This document shows positions 1-10,982 of a DNA stretch of 64,000 nucleotides, piece by piece. Within the stretch, counting starts at the first letter, position 1. Each line of letters starts with the position of its first letter. The position numbers and the translations under genes were made by a program. Source of the DNA: an uncultured Nitrososphaeraceae archaeon (lineage in GTDB: Archaea; Thermoproteota; Nitrososphaeria; Nitrososphaerales; Nitrososphaeraceae); contig CAVSLF010000014.1 of the NCBI GenBank assembly GCA_963728595.1, forward strand, positions 39,393 to 103,392, given 5' to 3'. The notes beneath the pieces are model-generated. The model was not told the origin of the DNA, did not search any database, and was given only the letters and a program-made list of their open reading frames with translations.

Positions 1-386
1 AGCCCCTAGGTTTTGATTCACTATTGAGAGTGGCTCTAAAATTCGATAAGAACATACTTACAAAATTTCTGATTTATCGCGATCTTCGAAGCAGAGGTTA
101 TGTGGCAAAAGAAGGATTTGGGTTTGGAGTAGACTTCAGAGTGTATGACCGTGGAGAATTTGAAAAAAAGGCAGCAAAGTACGTTGTGTTTGGAATAAAT
201 GAAGGTACAAATACTGGAGTAAAGACTCTCTCAAAGATTCTCCAAGACATAAATATCATGGGTAAAGATGCAATTGTCGCAGTGGTAGAGAGAAGAGGAG
301 AAGTGATATACTATAAACTCGATAAGATGAATCTCGGAGAAAATAAAAATGCAAGGAATCAGCATTTTTCTAAGAATGAAAATTAG
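1..386 (+). CDS. endA: tRNA splicing endonuclease, C-terminal catalytic part (5' truncated by window)
   Basis: YRDLRSRGY-x-KEGFGFGVDFRVY motif typical of tRNA intron endonucleases. Confidence 0.85.
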   Translation, partial: PLGFDSLLRVALKFDKNILTKFLIYRDLRSRGYVAKEGFGFGVDFRVYDRGEFEKKAAKYVVFGINEGTNTGVKTLSKILQDINIMGKDAIVAVVERRGEVIYYKLDKMNLGENKNARNQHFSKNEN

Positions 387-432
387 CTAGCCTCAAAATT
401 AGTTAAAATAATACAGGTCTACTATACATATC

Positions 433-621
433 TTGATGGTGTTCAAGGAGATATACTGTTTGGATTGCAATATAGTATTGGCAAAGTATAACATGGTATA
501 TTTTTCTGACTTGAATATTGCCGAACTGGCGAAGTTACACTACCCATCACACGTCAAGAATGGTCATTCTTTAGTAATAAGGATGTCAGAGGAAAAAACT
601 AAAGTGCCAAGCGGCTTATAA
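433..621 (+). CDS. small putative Zn-binding protein (CxxC...HxxxH)
   Basis: CLDC plus HYPSHVKNGH; TATA-like TTAAAATA ~25 nt upstream. Confidence 0.6.
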   Translation: MMVFKEIYCLDCNIVLAKYNMVYFSDLNIAELAKLHYPSHVKNGHSLVIRMSEEKTKVPSGL

Positions 622-1200
622 TGGCATCTCCAATATTTTCGTCTCTGCAATGGGATTTCTATTTTGAAGCAATTTTCTATAGTTCCAAAAATAGGTAAAG
701 CACAAATTTGCTGTGGAACTAGCTATCTGATAAACATCCTTTCTTCATAAATTTGATGCAATTAGGTTCCTTCGCTACTAAGAGTTACCCATAGTATAGG
801 ATCATATTGGTCATTCAATGCGATGCTTATTCATGAACTTTTGCTGTAATTAGTTTAGATGGTTTTCTATTTCAGTTTCTTTACGTAATAAGACATAGAA
901 TAATAAGTAACGGTGCTACTCACTTTTTTTGCTACAGGATAGTGATGACATGGATAGTCCCCCTATTATTTCTGAGGTCATACTCAGAAAAAGATGAAGA
1001 GAAAATACCGGACTACAGAATCCTGTAGTATCAAACTTTATGCTCAAGATGCTCATGTCAAAGTTTAAATTTGCTCTGAAGCGCATCTATACTAAAAAGA
1101 TTAATCTCTCAACTTGTTCAGAGATTAGTTTCATTTTTGGCTTCTTCTTTGCAGGTTCACATTTATTTCGTTTTGAAATCAGGCTGCGCACCAGGATCAT

Positions 1201-1276
1201 TGCTCCGACCGGGATTTGAACCCGGGATCGTCGCCTTGAGAGGGCGAAATGCTTAGCCGTACTACACCATCGGAGC
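1201..1276 (-). tRNA. tRNA-Glu(CTC)
   Basis: Cloverleaf GCTCCGA...TCGGAGCA; anticodon arm TCGCC-CTCTCAA-GGCGA; T-loop TTCAAAT. Confidence 0.97.
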
Positions 1277-1576
1277 GCATTAAGAAGGACTGCGGACTTC
1301 ATATAAAACTTATGGGAAAGCTAATTTTAGCCCTTCTTATTCTGATGCAAACACGCTAAAACTCGGCGAGGTCAATCTACATTGATTGCTGGGATAGCAA
1401 AATAAACATACCGTAATAAATAATTCTTTTTATTCTCCGCGACAGCATAATCGTGTGCCATTTTCATCGTTTGGCCAACGTCATTTTGAGATTATCTCAT
1501 TCCAGTATAACTATACTAAATATAAAACTGTAGAAAGTAGTTAGAATGCATTTATGGTTCATAGGATCCTAGTAAA

Positions 1577-1972
1577 CTATCGAATTGTGTCAAGAATTTC
1601 GTCTTGTTTTTCACCCAATATTATTTTCGTCAGTTCCCAACATCGAATAAGTTTGTCACCTTGAATCTCAAAGATAGCCATAACTGCAAATTTGCTTATC
1701 AGGCCATTTTTCTTTGTAATCTTTGACAAGTATCTTAACACGATCTTATTGCCTTCATGGATCGTTTCTTCAAAAGGTAAAATTTGAATAGATTCCACGT
1801 GTTCCTTTAATGCCTTTATGTGAGCAACAAATCCTGCATAGTCGATCTTCTCCCCTGCAGTAGTCTGCTCATAACTTGGAGAAAAATAATCTGCAATCTT
1901 TTCAATTTTAAGATTTTCCAATACTTCGCTGTACATGCTCTCCATCAAGGTGAGATATTCCGCCTTGTTCAA
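1577..1972 (-). CDS. SnoaL/NTF2-like protein
   Basis: IADYFSPSYEQ...IHEGNKIVLRY...AIFEIQGDKLIRCWE pattern; probable TTG start near 1972 rather than 2134. Confidence 0.7.
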   Translation of the reverse strand: MNKAEYLTLMESMYSEVLENLKIEKIADYFSPSYEQTTAGEKIDYAGFVAHIKALKEHVESIQILPFEETIHEGNKIVLRYLSKITKKNGLISKFAVMAIFEIQGDKLIRCWELTKIILGEKQDEILDTIR

Positions 1973-2303
1973 TAGACGGACTATAATGATGCATGATTTA
2001 AACCTATTATCAGCCCCTATGATGCACAGGACCGCATGTGTTGAAGTCTCCAATTCAGGATAACGGCATTGCTTCATATGGATACACGCGCTAACTACAT
2101 ATTTCGATTTGTTAGCTGAGTGAGTCAAGAACAAAGTACGGTATGCTTGAACGACTAACTACTCCAGCATTAATTGTGATTGCAGGGGCTGTACTCTACC
2201 TAAGAAGGAAACCAATAATGATTCCACAAGGACAATCACAGGAATTCTGCGATAAAGGCTATGTTCATAAAAGTCCATTGGAAATGGCGTTATTAAATTA
2301 TCA

Positions 2304-2540
2304 TTAATAATGAAGTTTGTTAATTTTTTGAAGGTTTTTAGACTGTATTTGAGCCAATTTTAACTTGTACCTTTGATTTCTTGGCTTTGTACGAAGTCTG
2401 TATCCACAGCACGGGCAGAAAAAACCTTCCCATTTAACAAAAATACTGCACATCTGACATCGTTTTTGACCAGCAGCATATCTTCCCACTCCAATTGGTT
2501 TTATTGCTTTATGCCTAAGACAAATCCCCTTGCATGTCAT
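2304..2540 (-). CDS. Cys-rich Zn-finger microprotein of the type common in ammonia-oxidising archaea
   Basis: MTCKGIC...RCQMC...FCPCCGYRLR; ATG overlaps the TGA of the upstream TRAM gene. Confidence 0.8.
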   Translation of the reverse strand: MTCKGICLRHKAIKPIGVGRYAAGQKRCQMCSIFVKWEGFFCPCCGYRLRTKPRNQRYKLKLAQIQSKNLQKINKLHY

Positions 2541-2860
2541 CACAAACATTTTTCCTTAATCTGTTTTTCTCGTTCTATTGGCTCGTTCGCAGTCATTCCC
2601 AGCCCTGTGAAACCAATTCCCATATTTACAATGCCTGCCATTACTCTCTCCCCGGGGCTCGCATTGTTTACAAAATTTCCGAAATCTTCTATCTTTACTA
2701 TTCCAACGTTTGCCTGTCTGTTCACATCTTCTACCTTTACATCATATTCTTCTCCAATACTCATTGGTGTTTTCGTAAGTGCTTTTGATCCAAAACCGCC
2801 ACCTCTGTCTCCACACCTATCGTTACGAAGTAATCTTCTAAATTCAATCATGAAAGCCAA
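2540..2860 (-). CDS. TRAM-domain protein (divergent, possibly decaying)
   Basis: KTPMSIGEEYDVKVEDVNRQANVGIVKIEDFGNFVNNASPGE resembles archaeal stand-alone TRAM. Confidence 0.65.
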   Translation of the reverse strand: MAFMIEFRRLLRNDRCGDRGGGFGSKALTKTPMSIGEEYDVKVEDVNRQANVGIVKIEDFGNFVNNASPGERVMAGIVNMGIGFTGLGMTANEPIEREKQIKEKCL

Positions 2861-3048
2861 CTAATAACTGATAACAATTATGTCTATTTCAATCTTTGAT
2901 GCTGCCTTGGGAGATAAATAAAGTCAATTTCATGAAAATGTAGAGGACAGGCATTATCACAAAACTATTGTAGATATATTAGTACTAGTTTAAATCTCTA
3001 CGACTTTCGCAATGCATGTTTATATCGACTTGGATGCACTATTAAGAT

Positions 3049-3651
3049 ATGGGTAAAGGCATTCTCCTTTTCGGATTTTTATTTTCATGTTCATTTTCAC
3101 TGATATCTTCAATGATTCTATCACCGAGTTTTAGCCAAGGTCTTACTAAGTATGCATTTGCGCAAGAAGGACAAGGACAAGTACGTTGTACCACTGGTCA
3201 GTTGGTTAGGTCACCTACTGAATGTCCTTCAACCGATTTGTGTCCTCCTCCATCTGGACCAACTACAGTTGCGTATTGCAATCCGAGAGAGTCTTCAGTA
3301 AGATCGGTTCCACATCTGACTAATAATAGTGAACAATTGGTTGCTATTCACACTGATAAGCCAACTTATAAAATTGGAGATATTGTTAATATTACCACAA
3401 TCAATACTGGAACAGATCCATTAACTTTCCCTAACGCCGTTTTAGGACTGACCATACAAAATACAGACAGCCATGAAAAATACTCGTTACTGTCAGCACA
3501 GGTAATTACCGTGTTAGATTCTGGCGGAACGAAATTCGTGAATTGGGATCAGAAGGACTCCAATGGACAGCAAGTAGGGCCAGGTAAATATACTGCTTCT
3601 ATTTCAACGGGGTTGTTAACTGCAAACACGACATTCTCCATCCTGCAATAG
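3049..3651 (+). CDS. secreted protein with Cys-rich linker and Ig-like (FlgD/BsuPI-like) C-terminal domain
   Basis: Signal peptide; TDKPTYKIGD and WDQKDSNGQQVGPGKYTA motifs. Confidence 0.7.
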   Translation: MGKGILLFGFLFSCSFSLISSMILSPSFSQGLTKYAFAQEGQGQVRCTTGQLVRSPTECPSTDLCPPPSGPTTVAYCNPRESSVRSVPHLTNNSEQLVAIHTDKPTYKIGDIVNITTINTGTDPLTFPNAVLGLTIQNTDSHEKYSLLSAQVITVLDSGGTKFVNWDQKDSNGQQVGPGKYTASISTGLLTANTTFSILQ

Positions 3652-3703
3652 ACATTTACAAATTTATAAAACCACTAAAATTTCTTAAGCAGAACATTGA
3701 CAT

Positions 3704-4256
3704 TCAAGCATATTCTGCTTTTATGTCATTTTCATACTCCTTAAGCAGTTTGCGTATTTTTGGGTCAATGACAAAGTTACAATATGGCAGCTTGTTTATT
3801 ATTATCATAATAATCTTTGTGATAATTCTCTGCAGTATAAAAATTCCTAAAAGGTATAACTTCTGTTACAATAGAATCTTTATAAATCCTCTCCTTTTCG
3901 AGATCTTTTTTCGATTTCTCAGCAATCTCTCTTTGCTTTTCGTTATGATAGAAAATTGCAGATCGATACTGTGTGCCAACATCGTTACCCTGTCTATCAA
4001 GGGTGGTAGGGTTGTGAGTATGCCAGAAAATATTCAGGATCTTATCAAAATCTATAACACTTGGATCAAATACAATCTGAATTGACTCTGCATGACCTGT
4101 CGTCCCATTACATACTTGGTCATAGGAAGGATTTTTTATTGTTCCTCCTGCGTAGCCAGGTGTCACAGATTTGACACCCTTCAGTCTTTTGAAGATCGCT
4201 TCACTACACCAGAAACATCCGTTCGCTAGTGTTGCTGTCTCACTATCATTATTCAT
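3704..4256 (-). CDS. msrA: peptide methionine sulfoxide reductase MsrA (+1 frameshift near 3787)
   Basis: GCFWC active site; the C-terminus PYCNFVIDPKIRKLLKEYENDIKAEYA* continues in another frame. Confidence 0.92.
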
Positions 4257-4638
4257 GTGCTGTCTCGGGTAAATCCTTTCCCTTGGGGATAAATCGTATA
4301 GATAATGAATTGACACACTCTCGAGTGTTTTTATCTGTCAAATTTTCTCCGAGAAATTCATGTCCTAGGTGACCTCCACAATTTGCACATTCTATTTCTG
4401 TCCTTATTCCATCAGGATCCGGTACACGCTTTACTGCTTCTGGGAAGTTATCATCGAAACTTGGCCATCCACAACCAGCATCAAACTTACATTTAGACGA
4501 ATAAATAGGGGCATTACATCTCCGACAAATAAATATTCCATCTTCATAAAAATTGTCATAGTCACCTGCAAAAGGAGCTTCAGTTGCTTTTTCGACAATG
4601 ACCATTTCCTCTTCTGGCGTTAGTTTATTGTAATTCAT
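4249..4638 (-). CDS. msrB: methionine-R-sulfoxide reductase MsrB
   Basis: CRRC, KFDAGCGWPSF, CANCGGHLGH, RECVNS. Confidence 0.95.
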   Translation of the reverse strand: MNYNKLTPEEEMVIVEKATEAPFAGDYDNFYEDGIFICRRCNAPIYSSKCKFDAGCGWPSFDDNFPEAVKRVPDPDGIRTEIECANCGGHLGHEFLGENLTDKNTRECVNSLSIRFIPKGKDLPETAHE

Positions 4639-4907
4639 ACCAATGCCTTCTTTAGACGTTTTGAACATTTTCGTAACTTGTCTTCACTTTTTATAAAATA
4701 GTTGAAAAGAAAGGTACAATAAATGGTTCGTATCATTAGAGAGTATTCACTCTTGAATATTATAAACCCTTTCTTGAAGTCAACGAGTGTAGCTTAAGTT
4801 GATATACTTTTTAATTTAAATTGACCATTTGTTTCTTACGGGTCGCGACTGCCAGTTTGTCGGAAGAACCTTTAGAGAGATGGAACGACTTAAGAGGTTG
4901 GTGATTA

Positions 4908-5525
4908 TTATCGGTATCGACCTCGTGTTTTATTTGATGGTTTGTTTAAGGACTTTGTAAATATGGATTCAATAAATGGTCTGAAGGCAATAAAAATGTC
5001 ATTAATAATTGCATCTTGAAAATCTGCTAAAGAACCATTTTCTTCAGCGCACCTGACCGCAGCCTCGTAGGCTCTCATAGTGTCTTTCGTTTCACTCAAA
5101 TTGCTACTGAATCTCTCAAATATTTCCTTCCCTTCAGGTGTCTGAGCTAACTTAGCGAGTTTAAGTTCCGATCTCGCCTGCATAAAATGGCGTGGCACAT
5201 CTTCATTTTTTTGAACCTGATTTAAGACTTCGCCCGTAGCATAAGCATCCTCTACCTTTGTAATCCTTATCTTCGCTCTTTCTCCAGGGCTCGTATTATT
5301 GACAAAGACTACCAGTCCTCCTATTCTAGTTACTCCTGCATCACCTCGTTTGCTTATGTCTTCTATTTTTATATCGTATTCCTCTCCAACTCTAATAGGA
5401 GTTTTTCGAAATGACTTCGATTCTCCAAAACTACTTTCCCTATTTCTACTCCTGTCGTACCGCTTCGATTCTCCAAAACTACTTTCCTTATTTCTACTCT
5501 TGTCATAGCGATTAAATCTGCCCAT
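4908..5525 (-). CDS. TRAM-domain protein with N-terminal repeats and a helical C-terminal extension
   Basis: KTPIRVGEEYDIKIEDISKRGDAGVTRIGGLVVFVNNTSPGERAKIRITKV. Confidence 0.85.
   Translation of the reverse strand: MGRFNRYDKSRNKESSFGESKRYDRSRNRESSFGESKSFRKTPIRVGEEYDIKIEDISKRGDAGVTRIGGLVVFVNNTSPGERAKIRITKVEDAYATGEVLNQVQKNEDVPRHFMQARSELKLAKLAQTPEGKEIFERFSSNLSETKDTMRAYEAAVRCAEENGSLADFQDAIINDIFIAFRPFIESIFTKSLNKPSNKTRGRYR
5415..5510. repeat. 2 x 48-bp in-frame tandem repeat (RYD[KR]SRN[KR]ESSFGESK)
   Basis: Units 5415-5462 and 5463-5510, 4 mismatches. Confidence 0.95.
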
Positions 5526-6580
5526 CTAGTTTATCACATTTGTCCTCGTTTGTATCATCAAGGGCAGGCGAACATATAGTTGTTGTTGTTCTCTCATTTC
5601 CATCCTGCTCGATCTACGACTTTGGTGATCATTCCACAATTCTCCTATTTTTGCACTGTATGAGTGTTTTGTTCCAGTATTGGGGCAACTAGGACCAGTA
5701 ACAAATAGATTGGACTTATCGTTAGTTCAACTTACTAATTCGAAAGAAACTTTATTTCTACGAGTTGAAAATACAAATACACATTTTTTCGTTGTCCATC
5801 AAGTACTGCCAAGGGTAACATATTGTGAGTCGTCAGTACATATTATAACCTGATTTACCTCTTGAATAACTATAATATTATTCCTTATCGACTGCAGTAC
5901 TTCGATGACTCTGACTTTCTTGAATAATCGCTCGGACATGGGATGGAAGATATAAGTAGAGCGGTTTAGCATCTTTTCTGGCATAGTATGTGCGTATACT
6001 TTCTTGCAGTCAGTGTAGTAATTTGGACCTGGCAAATTTATGATATGAATTTAATTAATCTTGCAATATCTGAGAGCCAGATTAAGTTCAAGTAATTGTT
6101 CATTAATTCTGGCTAGATGCGAAAATTGCAAGTATAGAACTCTCATGTTTCCTCATGTTCTTCTGTAGAAGAACAATATTTCTATATCGTTTTTTGTTAC
6201 TAGCTAGTTCATAATTATTCTTGAAAGTAGAATCCATGCAAGATCTGCTGCAAGCTGCATTCTCTGCCATTCATTAACACAATTATTTACAAACCATCAA
6301 GAGATCTTTCCATGTCAACTAATTTGGAATGATGCCATTGTATTGTTCCTATCATCAGATTATATTTCTAAATATGTTAGAATATCTTTAAGATATCTAG
6401 TGCGATAGGTTGGTACCACATTAATTATTTGTTGTCTAGCACTAACCTATGTCATTGCCAAGCTTAGTTAGGCTTCCCTAGACCATCAATTCTTCCAGGC
6501 AGCGTTACATTTCGATACGTTATTTGGTATTCGGGCCTGGGCAACGGGGATGATAGAGTTAGTCAAGATTCAATGGATGA

Positions 6581-7027
6581 CTAACTGAGAGCAGATTTCT
6601 GCCTTAGAAGATCAACCATTTGTTTGCCTCTGGGAAATATCTCTCTCTTCAAAACATCGTACTCTATTGAAATCCTTCCTGGTCCAGTTATAAAGAGACT
6701 GATGCAAATTGCCATGATCAGTAATTCCAACTCATATCCGCCAACAAAACCCTTTGATAGTTTTGCTACAACTACCGCGCCAATCATTTCAATTATAAAC
6801 AGGCCTGAAGCTATCCTCGTTAGAATACCAAATAATATAGCCAATCCCCCTACCACTTCTAAAAGAGTAACAGGAATAGCAAGTTCAGGAGGTAGACCTA
6901 AGTTAGGAAAGAAACTTTGAACTCCAGATATATCTGTAATTTTTGGTAATCCGTGCAATAGAAGCGTCAGTCCTGCCAGTATCCTAATTGGCAGAGGCCC
7001 AAATTTCATTAATTGAAGACTATTCAT
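6581..7027 (-). CDS. DoxX family membrane protein
   Basis: RILAGLTLLLHGLPK...EVVGGLAILFGILTR...GYELE...GPGRISIE. Confidence 0.9.
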   Translation of the reverse strand: MNSLQLMKFGPLPIRILAGLTLLLHGLPKITDISGVQSFFPNLGLPPELAIPVTLLEVVGGLAILFGILTRIASGLFIIEMIGAVVVAKLSKGFVGGYELELLIMAICISLFITGPGRISIEYDVLKREIFPRGKQMVDLLRQKSALS

Positions 7028-8031
7028 GGACTAATTTATTTTCCGTGCAATTTAAGGGCTCTGATTTGATGCGTGATCGGACAAAACATTTATGCTCTTG
7101 TGGGCAAAGCAAACACTCATTTAAAAAATATGCCTCTTATAACATTCTAAATATAGAACGTTTTTAGTTTAACATTGATATAAGAATTAACTGGTGGTTT
7201 GGGCCTCTTAAATATCCGTGTTTGAATCCAATGTTTTGAAGACGCGGTAGGACATCCCATTAGCATACGTGGATTCAACCCGAATATTTGGTTTATCTTA
7301 TCTCGGTTATTTATTGCGAAGTGCTGCTGATTATTACTACGCACTCTTTATTAGTAAACTCTTTACATTTATGGCTATGGCGCCATTGACCATTCATAAA
7401 ATATTCTAGATGCCTAATGTTATCCCTGTTTGTTGTGATACGCTCATGACCATTCTTGGCCGTCGTAGATCTCTGCCATTATTTCGACTCTTCTTCTCAT
7501 AATAAACAACTAAGATTTGAAACCATTCAATAAGAACGTTTAGTCTCAATCGATCCATTTTTCAAATTAGCCATTATTTGTTCAATTAATAAAATAAAAA
7601 CCAAAAATTCTAATAGCAATTCAATAATTATTTATGGTTGTGGTGGAAATGGTATTTTACGTTGGTATCAAATATGTTCTTATTGGTATATTTTTCGACA
7701 GTAATGTTAACTTTGGGCCAGATAGTTGAAAGATAATCACTAGTCTGCATATAACTATAGAAATTTCTCTGGCAATACCTGTAGACCAATTCAAACAATA
7801 ACAAACCATGCATAATAAGGGATCGTGTAGAGTATTTCGGTAATATTTTATGTTCACATCAGGATATATTGCTTGTACAAAAAATCTGTTATGAATATGT
7901 GGTAAGGGCTACAAAACAGAGGGCGAAATACATTCGCACAACCATTGTAGAATTGCATACATGAGGGAAGAAGGTAACAGTAGTCGAACTAAGGTAATAA
8001 ATTCGAATGAAATTGAGGTTTTAGCGAATCT

Positions 8032-8280
8032 ATGAACATAGCCGAAAAAGAGAATCAATTTGAAATGGAAACAAAAACTTGTAATCGCAAAAAGAGAGCA
8101 AATATCATCTACTCGTTTGTAGATTCTTATCATAGTCTTTGTCTTGATAAGAAAGAAATAATACTAGCGCAAATTCAGGATTGCGAGAGACTGCTAAAAT
8201 ATGTCCCAGATGAAAACGACATTAGCATCCTTGGTAAAGAGGTTGCCGAATTGAGATTAGCCATAGATCTTATGCATTAG
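8032..8280 (+). CDS. hypothetical helical protein
   Basis: Clean 82-aa ORF with protein-like composition. Confidence 0.55.
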   Translation: MNIAEKENQFEMETKTCNRKKRANIIYSFVDSYHSLCLDKKEIILAQIQDCERLLKYVPDENDISILGKEVAELRLAIDLMH

Positions 8281-8331
8281 TAACGTGCACCTGCAGATTC
8301 GATTTTTAATGTTGTTGCGCTTAACGTAAAT

Positions 8332-9582
8332 CTAATCCCTTTCAAACTCATCTTCATCGCTGTATGCACGTTCAGCATGTTCTGATATGTCCAGACCTTC
8401 CTGCTCTACCTTGGCAGACACTCTTATCCCTATCAAAACATCTATAACTTTTAGGATTACGTAAGTGCCAAAAAATCCCATAACTCCTGCAACCCCAATA
8501 CCGAAAGCTTGAATTAAAAGCTGATTGGGATTGCCATATAATAATCCATTTGGGCCCATAGGATTGATGATCGAAGATGCAAAAATTCCGATAGCAAGTG
8601 ACCCGATAATTCCTGCAATCCCGTGTACTGAGCTTACGTCTAGAGCATCATCAATTTTTAATCTGTCTTTTAGGAAGATTACCCCAAGATAGGAAGCAAT
8701 ACCTACTGCTATTCCTATAAGGAATGCATGCTCAACGCTTACATATCCCGAAGCAGGAGTTATCCCTGCAAGTCCTGCTATGGCACCATTTATCGCTGCG
8801 ATGATGCTTGGTTTACCTGTTCTCAACCACGATAACCCTACCCAAATCAAAGCGGATATTGATGAAGCCATATGAGTATTAATTACAGTATTTCCAGCAA
8901 CACCACCTGAAGCCAATGCACTTCCAGCATTGAACCCAAACCATCCCAACCATAATAGGGCGGATCCCAGTACCGCTAGAGGGATACTATGGGGAACCAT
9001 GATGGCTGGACCATAGTTCAATCTTCTGCCTAGAACTAGAGCCGGAGCAAGCGCTCCCATTCCTGCACTAGTATGAATTACTATTCCCCCAGCAAAATCC
9101 ACTACACCTAGTTTGCCCAGCCATCCTCCTCCCCAAATCCAGTGTACTAGTGGATAGTATATTAGAAAACTCCAAACAACTATGAATATAATAAACGCGC
9201 TGAATTTCATTCGCTCGGCTATGGCACCAGTTAGTAACAATGGAGTAATTACTGCGAACATCATCTCGAATTTTGCAAATAGAACTCCGGGGATTGTAGG
9301 AGCATAGTTAGCTAAAGAATCATTAAATGGAACCCCTTTTAGGAATGTCCAGTCAAGATTACCTACAAGCCCTGCAGTATCAGGGCCAAAGGTTAAGCTG
9401 AATCCAAAGATAAACCACATAACACTCAAAAGGGCTAACCCAAAAAAGATCTGCATGAAAATTGAAACTGTATTCTTTTTTCTGAGCAAACCTGCTTCAA
9501 ACATTCCAAGGGCAGGAATCATCAACAGTACTAGACTCGATGCTACGAGCATCCATGCAGTATTACCAGTGTCTATTGGCAA
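8332..9582 (-). CDS. amt: ammonium transporter (Amt family)
   Basis: DFAGGIVIHTSAG, LWLGWFGFNAGS, DDALDVSSVHG (twin His); polytopic membrane protein. Confidence 0.98.
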   Translation of the reverse strand: MPIDTGNTAWMLVASSLVLLMIPALGMFEAGLLRKKNTVSIFMQIFFGLALLSVMWFIFGFSLTFGPDTAGLVGNLDWTFLKGVPFNDSLANYAPTIPGVLFAKFEMMFAVITPLLLTGAIAERMKFSAFIIFIVVWSFLIYYPLVHWIWGGGWLGKLGVVDFAGGIVIHTSAGMGALAPALVLGRRLNYGPAIMVPHSIPLAVLGSALLWLGWFGFNAGSALASGGVAGNTVINTHMASSISALIWVGLSWLRTGKPSIIAAINGAIAGLAGITPASGYVSVEHAFLIGIAVGIASYLGVIFLKDRLKIDDALDVSSVHGIAGIIGSLAIGIFASSIINPMGPNGLLYGNPNQLLIQAFGIGVAGVMGFFGTYVILKVIDVLIGIRVSAKVEQEGLDISEHAERAYSDEDEFERD

Positions 9583-9674
9583 TAGTTTTGTGTATTTTGT
9601 ACCGCTACTATAAAAAGCTGTGCATCATCAAAACATAGACAATGTTTTTAAGGCAAGATTATGACGTAAAGTTC
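9583..9674. promoter_or_regulatory. divergent promoter region of amt and P-II
   Basis: TTTATA (minus strand, ~9609-9614) and TTTTTAA (9645-9651), each ~24-26 nt before a TTG start. Confidence 0.6.
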
Positions 9675-10004
9675 TTGATTAAGGCCGAGATAGTAATTCC
9701 GCAAAATGATGTACAAGCAATAGACGAAGCATTGAAGCAAATTCATGTTGGTGGGATAACTGTCTTTAAAGTGAAAGGAAGAGGTAAGAGCATCGGCCCT
9801 TCAATTCATGCTTCCAAGGGTACTGAGATATTCACGCCTGAATTCAATGACAAGTACATATTGCAGGTGGTTGTGACCGATGAAAAAGAAAATGATGTGA
9901 TTAAGATTGTTAGGGCCAATTCGAAAATGGGAAAGATCTTTATTTCTCCTATTAAACGTGCAATTGATATCGGATCTGGTCAAGAAAATGAACAGGCGAT
10001 CTAG
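9675..10004 (+). CDS. nitrogen regulatory protein P-II (GlnB/GlnK family)
   Basis: GITVFKVKGRG, GKIFISPIKRAIDIGSG; divergent from amt; probable start TTG 9675. Confidence 0.92.
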   Translation: MIKAEIVIPQNDVQAIDEALKQIHVGGITVFKVKGRGKSIGPSIHASKGTEIFTPEFNDKYILQVVVTDEKENDVIKIVRANSKMGKIFISPIKRAIDIGSGQENEQAI

Positions 10005-10193
10005 GGAGTATGAGTAGGGTCAGGTCCGTTTGAAGGTTTTGATTGCTCAGTTTATGAACAGACTTGGTCAGAAAACTGAATTGACAAAAGAACGATAAAA
10101 CACAAGAACGATAGATTACAAGCGCGATTGTATTATGTACCTAATAGTTCATATAGACAGCATATCCAATCTTGAATTTATTCGAACTAATTA

Positions 10194-10575
10194 TTACAGC
10201 AGCTGCATTTTCAGTATTAAGATTTCATCGCTGTCGATAATCTTCATGAGATTGCCCAATTGTTTTATTGCTTCTAATTCGTCTGATTCTACAAATATTT
10301 CGTTTAGCCCAGATCCAATAGAACGGTAAGTAACTCATTTTGAAATTATCAACTGTCTGTTCCATGGCAAAGCCTCTGCTCTCGAGAAATTCTATTGTTT
10401 TGTCTTTGTCTGTGAAATTCCCATTTATCTTGATCATAGGATCAAAGTTTGACTTGACCGCCATCCGCGCTAAACCCCCACCTGTTGATCCAACTTTGAC
10501 TTCTGATTCTTTTACTTTCCGTGTTTTTCGCCGCTTGGATAGAAAGATCACCAACTTGATTGTTAATATTCTCAT
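10194..10575 (-). CDS. hypothetical protein, +1 frameshift near 10328
   Basis: N-part ...DNFKMSY continues as RSIGSGLNEIFVESDELEAIKQLGNLMKIIDSDEILILKMQLL* in another frame. Confidence 0.55.
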
Positions 10576-10982
10576 CTGCCTCTGATATACTTAATCATGT
10601 CTCTTTTGAGTTAACGTTTGATGGTACTTTTATTTCACGTTTTTTAATTTGTCTAGAAGGTGTAATTACACCAGGCCAAATTCTAGTTGTACGACCACAC
10701 TAACTCCAGCAGGAAATCATTGTGTGAACCTCCCTAAATCTGTGAATTGTTCGAGCACAACAATAATTCGCTGTGCGATTCTGGCTTTGGGGGGTAATGG
10801 TTACGCCGATTTACAATTAAGATCCTTTTCATTTATTACCACAATAAATAACGTCCATAACACCGGACAATATTTTTAGTAAGGGGGTTCATTTTGGCTA
10901 AATACTTTAAATTGCAAGGCGAGCTGTATAAAATTCTATACAGTTAAATTTGGAGATGACATAATAAGAAAATAGCAACAAA

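Noticed and set aside
1087-1302. 71-aa ORF
   Set aside because: Overlaps tRNA-Glu; spurious
2143-2307. 54-aa ORF with a TM-like segment (ALIVIAGAVLYLRRK)
   Set aside because: No clear promoter or recognisable family; too weak to call
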